Assembly: GCA_963815005.1 (NCBI GenBank)
Contig: CAWFFI010000006.1
Coordinates: forward strand, 139,231 to 203,230
Reading direction: 5' to 3'
DNA length: 64,000 bases
From: an uncultured Actinomycetes bacterium
GTDB taxonomy: Bacteria; Actinomycetota; Thermoleophilia; Gaiellales; Gaiellaceae
Shown here: piece after piece, positions 59,005 to 64,000 of the stretch
Layout of the letters: the number at the start of each line of letters is the position of its first letter
Numbering within the stretch: the first letter of the stretch is position 1
Translations under genes and position numbers: made by a program
Notes under the pieces: model-generated
What the model saw: only the letters and a program-made list of their open reading frames with translations
Told to the model about the DNA's origin: nothing
Database searches by the model: none

Positions 59005-60423
59005 ATGGGCATCGTCCACCCGACGAAGACCGCGATGCCGACGCTCGACCCGGTCGAGCGGCGCGCGCTCTGGGACGAGGTCGCGACCGGCTACACGGTC
59101 GAGCGCGCGCTCGCCGAGGCGCGGCGGTGCATCCAGTGCCAGGAGCCGCTCTGCGAGCTCGGCTGCCCCGTCGGCGTCCCGATCCGCGACTTCGTGCGAG
59201 CGGTGCAGCTCGGCGACTTCGCGGGCGCCGCGGAGACGATCAGGACGAAGAACGTGCTGCCGGCGATCTGCGGGCGCGTCTGCCCGGTCGAGCACCAGTG
59301 CGAGGCGCAGTGCGCGGTGCTCGGCCGCCTCGAGCCGGTCGGGATCGGCCGCCTCGAGCGCTTCGTCGCCGACTGGGAACGGGCCCAGCCGCGGAACGGA
59401 GCGGCCCCTGAGCGTGTGCAGCGTCTCGAGACGATCGCGATCGTCGGCTCCGGCCCGGCAGGACTGACGGCGGCGAGTGACCTCGCCCGGCTGGGCTACG
59501 GAGTGACGGTCTTCGAGGCGCTGCACGCCATCGGCGGCGTCCTCCGCTACGGGATCCCCGAGTTCCGGCTGCCGAAGGCGATCGTCGACGAGGACGTGGA
59601 GCGGCTGCGCGAGCTCGGCGTCGAGTTCCGCACCGACGTCGTCGTCGGCAAGACCGTCACCGTCGACGAGCTGCTCGGCGAGCTCGGCTACCGCGCCGTC
59701 TTCGTCGGCACGGGCGCCGGCTCGCCGAAGTTCATGGGCATCCCGGGCGAGAACCTGAAGGGCGTCTACTCGGCGAACGAGTACCTGACGCGCGTGAACC
59801 TGATGCGCGCGTACGACTTCCCCGACTACGACACGCCGGTGAAGCGGCCGGCGCGCGCGGCGGTGATCGGCGCGGGCGACACGGCGATGGACGCGGCGCG
59901 CGTCTCGATCCGGCTCGGCGCCGAGGAGACGCACGTCGTGTACCGGCGCACCCAGGCCGAGATGGGCGCGCGCGCCGAGGACTACCGGCGCTGCGCCGAG
60001 GAGGGCGCGATCTTCGACTGGCTGACGCTGCCGAAGCGGTTCCTCGGCGACGACGAGGGACGCGTGCGCGGGCTCGAGTGCGTGCGCATGGAGCTCGGCG
60101 AGCCGGACGCCTCGGGACGACCGCGGCCGGTCGAGATCCCCGGCTCGGAGTTCGTGCTCGAGGCGAACCTCGCCGTGATCGCGCTCGGCACGAACCCGAA
60201 TCCGCTGATCCCGCAGACGACGACGGGACTCGACATCGACGGGCACGGCTGCGTCGTCGTCGATCCCGAGACCGGCGCCACGAGCCGGCCGGGCGTCTAC
60301 GCCGGCGGCGACATCGCCACGGGGGCGGCGACGGTGATCCTCGCCATGGGCGCGGGCCGGCGGGCCGCGCGGGCGATCCACGACTACCTGGAGGGAGCGA
60401 GCGATGTCGACGATGGGGCCTGA
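59005..60423 (+). CDS. NADPH-dependent glutamate synthase small-chain-like oxidoreductase (NfnB/SudA/GltD-like)
   Basis: 472-aa uninterrupted ORF. Cys clusters (CIQCQEPLCELGCPV, ICGRVCPVEHQCEAQC), IVGSGPAGL and VIGAGDTAMD nucleotide-binding motifs. Confidence 0.85.
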   Translation: MGIVHPTKTAMPTLDPVERRALWDEVATGYTVERALAEARRCIQCQEPLCELGCPVGVPIRDFVRAVQLGDFAGAAETIRTKNVLPAICGRVCPVEHQCEAQCAVLGRLEPVGIGRLERFVADWERAQPRNGAAPERVQRLETIAIVGSGPAGLTAASDLARLGYGVTVFEALHAIGGVLRYGIPEFRLPKAIVDEDVERLRELGVEFRTDVVVGKTVTVDELLGELGYRAVFVGTGAGSPKFMGIPGENLKGVYSANEYLTRVNLMRAYDFPDYDTPVKRPARAAVIGAGDTAMDAARVSIRLGAEETHVVYRRTQAEMGARAEDYRRCAEEGAIFDWLTLPKRFLGDDEGRVRGLECVRMELGEPDASGRPRPVEIPGSEFVLEANLAVIALGTNPNPLIPQTTTGLDIDGHGCVVVDPETGATSRPGVYAGGDIATGAATVILAMGAGRRAARAIHDYLEGASDVDDGA

Positions 60424-60436
60424 GACGAGCGGCTTC

Positions 60437-61075
60437 ATGCCCGCGCATTTGGCCGAGTCGATCCTCTTCGACGATCGGGCCGACGCCGGGAGGGCGCTCG
60501 CGCATGCGCTGCCGACCGACCTCTCCTCGCCGGCGGTGATCGGCGTCACCCGCGGCGGCGTCGAGATCGGCGCCGAGCTCGCGACGGCCCTGCGCGCGCC
60601 GCTCGACGTCGTCCTCGTCTCCCCGATCCGGCGCCCGGCGGAGCTGCATGCGATCGGCGCGGCCGCGCCCGGCGACGCCGTCCACATCCTCGAGCCGCAC
60701 GGGCTCTCGGCGGCGCAGCTCGTCGTCGCCACGGCGCGCGCCCGCCGGGAGGCGGAGCAGGTCGACGCGCGCCTGCACGAGTACCGGCCCCCGCTCCACG
60801 TCGACGGCCGCGATCTCGTGCTCGTCGACGAGGCGATCACGACGGGAGCGACGATGGTCGCCGCGACGCTCTGGGCGCGCGACCACGGCGTGCACCGGGT
60901 CGTCGTCGCGGTGCCGGTCGCCGCCTCGGCGGGCCTCGCGCTCGTGCGCCCCGTCGCCGACGAGGTCGTGTGCCTCTACGAGTTCGAGTTCCTCGGCTCG
61001 CGCGCCGTCTGGTTCGGCGAGCTGCCGCCCCTCGCGGACGAGGACGTCCGCCGTCTGCTGGAGGAGACGCGATGA
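60437..61075 (+). CDS. Phosphoribosyltransferase family protein
   Basis: FDDRADAGRALA N-terminus and the PRPP motif LVLVDEAITTGATM. Alternative start at ATG 60404. Confidence 0.7.
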   Translation: MPAHLAESILFDDRADAGRALAHALPTDLSSPAVIGVTRGGVEIGAELATALRAPLDVVLVSPIRRPAELHAIGAAAPGDAVHILEPHGLSAAQLVVATARARREAEQVDARLHEYRPPLHVDGRDLVLVDEAITTGATMVAATLWARDHGVHRVVVAVPVAASAGLALVRPVADEVVCLYEFEFLGSRAVWFGELPPLADEDVRRLLEETR

Positions 61076-61340
61076 CGGAGATCCACGTGCGGTTCGCGCG
61101 CACCCACGACGCGTACGACGCCTTCCCGACCGTGTCCGGGCACGTCGCCGGCGCGCGCCTGGAGGAGTCCGGGATCGAGGTCGAGTGCGACCCGGTCGCC
61201 GAGGCGGCAGTGATGCACGAGCTCGAGCTCGCCCTCGACGAGTGGCTCGTCCGCGAGCAGCTCCCGTTCGCGCCGCTCGACGTCGGCGAGCACACGCTGC
61301 TCGTCCGTCCGCCCCGCTGGGCGACTCGAGCGGAAATCGA
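61072..61340 (+). CDS. Small hypothetical protein; 3' end not definable
   Basis: ATGA overlap with the PRTase gene. High third-position GC runs to about 61320 (..EHTLLVRPPRW). There is no stop codon in any plus-strand frame between 61300 and 61417. Confidence 0.35.
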
Positions 61341-61359
61341 GATCCGGACGAGCGACTCG

Positions 61360-61768
61360 CGGTCGGCGGCGCGGACGATCACGACCGGGCATGCCGCCTG
61401 GTGCACGCACTCGCGGCTGATCGAGCGGCCGGTCGCGCCCGGCGCGACGGCGCGCGCCGGCGGCGCGAGCCGACGACGAGCAGGTCGGCGTCGCGGGCCG
61501 CCTCGACGAGCACCCGCGTCGGGTCTCCCTCGACCGCCACCTGCGAGAGCGCGACGCCGGCCGTCTCGCCGACGGCCTCGGCGACCACGGCCTCGAGGCG
61601 CTCCTCGGCCGCCTCCCGCGGCCCGGGCCCGGCCCAGGCATAGACGGCGCGCAGCTCCGCGTGGCGGAGCCGCGCCTCCTGGATCGCCCAGCGCAGGGCG
61701 ACCTTCGACTCCTCGGAGCCGTCGACTCCGGCGACGATCCGCGTGACGGCCTGCCCTCGATTCGCCAT
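61360..61768 (-). CDS. Universal stress protein family, frame change near 61450; 3' end not definable
   Basis: ATG 61768 (MANRGQAVTRIVAGVDGSEES..). The C-terminal USP block (ECVHQAACPVVIVRA) is in another frame. No stop follows in any minus-strand frame for more than 100 nt. Confidence 0.6.
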
Positions 61769-61908
61769 GGCCCTCGGAGCGTCGCCCACAGCCGCCCGGC
61801 GGTCATCGGAACCGGCTCCGATCCGCGCTACGGCGAAGTACGCACGGGCACTCACCGCTCGGCCGACGTGACGCTAGGCTAACCGGACGGAACCGACGAG
61901 GAGGATCG

Positions 61909-62716
61909 ATGGCCGGGCTGACATCACGCGCGTCGCTGATCGTGAAGGCGAAGGTCTCGAAGCTGCTGAACCGGGCCGAGGACCCGACGGAGACGCTCGA
62001 CTACTCGTACGAGCAGATGCTCCAGCAGCTCCAGAACGTCAAGCGCGGAGTCGCCGACGTCGTGACCGCGAAGAAGCGGCTCGAGCTGCAGACCGACAAG
62101 CTCGAGCAGAACGTCGTCAAGCTCGAGACGCAGGCCCGGCAGGCGGTGGCTGCGAACCGCGAGGATCTCGCCCGCCAGGCGCTCGAGAAGAAGGCGGCGA
62201 CGCAGCAGCAGCTGCAGGGGCTCGACGCGCAGGTGAAGCAGCTCGCAGGCCCAGCAGGAGCAGCTGATCTCCTCCCAGCAGACGCTCGAGACGAAGATCG
62301 AGGCGTTCCGGTCGCAGAAGGAGGTCATCAAGGCGCAGTACTCGGCCGCCGAGGCGCAGGTGCGGATCGGCGAGGCCGCGACCGGGATCGGCGAGCACAT
62401 GTCCGACACGGGTCTCGCGATCCAGCGGGCGAAGGACAAGACCGAGGAGCTGCAGGCGCGCGCGTCGGCGATCGACGAGCTGACCGCGGCCGGCGCCCTC
62501 GAGGACTTCACCGCCGGCGACCAGACCCAGCTCGACCGCGAGCTGGCGCAGATCTCGACCTCGGGCCAGGTCGACGACGAGCTCGCGAAGCTGAAGGCCG
62601 AGGTCGGCTCGGGCGACGGCGCGAAGGCGCTCGGCGACGGCGGCGGCGCCGAGGCGGCTCCCGCCGAGGCCGTGGCCGAGAGCGAGCCGGCGGCAGACGA
62701 CGCGGCGACCCAATAG
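61909..62716 (+). CDS. pspA: PspA/IM30 family protein, frame break near 62248
   Basis: N-terminus (..AKVSKLLNRAEDPTETLDYSYEQMLQQLQNVKRGVADV) and coiled-coil repeats. The continuation (AQQEQLISSQQTLETKIEAFRSQKEVIKAQYSAAEAQ..) is in the +1 frame, ending at TAG 62714-62716. Confidence 0.85.
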
Positions 62717-63289
62717 CCCGCCTCGGCGACATCCTCTTCGGGCGGAAGAAGCTCGCCGAGCCGGCCGGCGACCGCCTGTTCGCGCTCGTGACCGCCGCGG
62801 TCACGCTCGACGTCGAGTGCGCGCCTGAAGACGGCGGGCGTCGGCGCCGTGATCTTCAAGCCGCTCTCGGCGGGCGAGTTCACGCAGGTCGACCAGGACG
62901 TCGAGGAGCTCCTCCAGTCGGTCGCGGCCGGCTCCGGCTCGACGCTCGACCGCAAGAAGGACTCGTTCGGGTTCGAGTGGGTGATCGTCCACGACCCGGA
63001 TCTCGAGGATCAGGTGACGGCGGTGCACGCGGTCGCCTCGGAGTTCCAGGCGCGCGGCTTCGGCGGCCAGCTGCTCGCGGCCGCGTTCCGCTTCGAGGGC
63101 CGCGGCGCCGAGCCGACGTACTGGATCTACGGCTTCAAGACGGGCACGTTCTGGCCGTTCGTCCCGTCGGGCAAGGCGCAGGAGCGCGACAACGCGCGCG
63201 AGCTGGAGCTGAAGGCGAAGCTCGAGCCCGAGCTGCCGATCGAGCCCGACCTGTCGAAGTGGCTGGCGCTCTTCGACGCTCCGCTGTAG
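62713..63289 (+). CDS. PspA-associated conserved protein (partner downstream of actinobacterial pspA), no canonical start, frame break near 62820
   Basis: Blocks I recall from this family: ILFGRKKL, LFALVTAAVTLD, FGFEWVIVHD, GTFWPFVP, LSKWLALFDAPL. The homology begins at an ATA codon that overlaps the pspA TAG. Confidence 0.6.
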
Positions 63290-63315
63290 CGCGGAAACGC
63301 TGCGCGTTTCCGCGC
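63289..63315 (+). terminator. Terminator-like hairpin after the pspA operon
   Basis: Perfect 12-bp stem GCGCGGAAACGC / GCGTTTCCGCGC with a TGC loop, starting at the last base of the stop codon. No U-tract. Confidence 0.5.
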
Positions 63316-63690
63316 TGAGAGACGGAACTGCGCGCGCCGGAGAGCGCGGTCTCCGGCGCGCTCCGTGCGGATTACCTTGGGATGCTCTGGACGGGATGCC
63401 TGCCCCGGCGCGGGCGATCGTGCCCTGCGGGCAGGACCACCCGCTGGTTCACCGGAGCGTAAGCGGGCTTACGCTCCGGTCTTGGCGGTTGTGAAGCTCG
63501 AAGCGGCCGAGGCGTGGGCGTAACGGAGCCGCAGGCCCGTTACGCCCACGCGAACGAAGCGGGTGGACCCGCCGTAGGCGCGTCCGCCCGCGACGGGGCA
63601 GGCCTCCCGTCCAGAGCACCCGAAGACAAGCGAGCACGAAGCACGAGCCGGAGACCGCGCTCCCGGTCGTGCGGAGTTCCCTATCCCAGC
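63316..63690. repeat. About 375-bp imperfect palindrome (two diverged inverted copies of a roughly 180-bp hairpin-rich unit); candidate structured RNA or MITE pair
   Basis: Matching inverted blocks: 63324-63329/63675-63680, 63337-63356/63648-63666, 63379-63416/63585-63621, 63437-63445/63558-63566. Arm-internal perfect hairpins at 63452-63479 and 63512-63551. Confidence 0.8.
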
Positions 63691-63692
63691 GA

Positions 63693-63711
63693 GGAACCGC
63701 TCCGCGGTTCC
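63693..63711 (-). terminator. Terminator-like hairpin after htpX
   Basis: GGAACCGC-TCC-GCGGTTCC, 4 nt downstream of the TAG at 63715-63717 (minus strand). Confidence 0.5.
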
Positions 63712-63714
63712 GAG

Positions 63715-64000
63715 CTACGCGACGGGCCTGCCCATCTCGCGGGCGATCGCCGAGAGGGCGGCGAGGCGCTTCTCCATCGGCGGGTGATCCATGAAGAGCT
63801 CGCTCATCTGGGTGCGCCAGTTCGTCGGCACGATGAAGAACGCGTTCATGCCGGCGACCTCGCGCAGGTCGCGCTGCGGGATCTGGGTGATGCCGCTCGC
63901 GATCTTCTGCAGGGCGCTCATCAGGTTCTCGGGCGCGCCCGTGATCACGGCGGAGCCGCGGTCGGCGGCGTACTCGCGGTAGCGGGAGATCGTCCGGATC
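63715..64000 (-). CDS. htpX: Zinc metalloprotease HtpX, C-terminal part; 5' end lies outside the window
   Basis: The minus-strand ORF is open to the window edge. ..SRYREYAADRGSAVITGAPENLMSALQKI..MDHPPMEKRLAAL is the typical HtpX C-terminus. Confidence 0.8.
   Translation of the reverse strand, partial: IRTISRYREYAADRGSAVITGAPENLMSALQKIASGITQIPQRDLREVAGMNAFFIVPTNWRTQMSELFMDHPPMEKRLAALSAIAREMGRPVA

Noticed and set aside
63316-63690. The large structured intergenic region considered as RNase P RNA, tmRNA, SRP RNA, 6S RNA or a riboswitch.
   Set aside because: I could not find the conserved cores: the GGAAAGTCCGG-type P4 region, a tRNA-like end with a tag ORF, or the SRP GGAA/GNAR loops. It lies between two 3' ends, so a riboswitch makes no sense there. 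It is retained only as an unclassified element.

Overview
Very GC-rich chromosomal segment (by eye well above 65 percent). The gene content (NucS, DUF3558-type lipoprotein, Liv/Pot/Opp transporters, many acyl-CoA enzymes) points to an actinobacterial genome; that assignment is inference. I count about 70 protein genes and one tRNA-Ala(CGC). I see no rRNA, CRISPR array, prophage or recognisable defence island.

Gene blocks:
- Acyl-CoA/branched-chain catabolism plus a Liv transporter (1-19.5 kb)
- Malic enzyme, CBS protein, heliorhodopsin (19.5-22.3 kb)
- Polyamine uptake and catabolism (23.2-31.9 kb)
- Opp-type peptide transporter (36.4-42.3 kb)
- ApbE plus ferric-reductase-like module (44.9-46.8 kb)
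- Orphan RuBisCO-like protein and NucS (51.2-53.1 kb)
- 2-oxoacid:ferredoxin oxidoreductase plus an Nfn-like pair (54.9-60.4 kb)
- PspA, its partner protein and HtpX (61.9-64 kb)

Most noteworthy:
1. An intact heliorhodopsin directly downstream of a CBS-pair protein.
2. A composite palindromic repeat family: 33-bp palindromes exactly 101 bp apart at two convergent intergenic loci, plus one collapsed copy.
3. A 160-bp MITE-like insertion with 17-nt TIRs and a CTTAG duplication, sitting where two convergent stop codons would have overlapped.
4. A roughly 375-bp quasi-palindromic, hairpin-dense region between the pspA operon and htpX.
5. Roughly 40 reading-frame breaks, almost all +1. This suggests insertion-biased sequence error or perturbation rather than biology. 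Two genes are degraded enough to call pseudogenes.

I did not find a convincing wholly new multi-gene system. The items above are what I would follow up. All family assignments come from reading the translations and recalled motifs, not from database searches.
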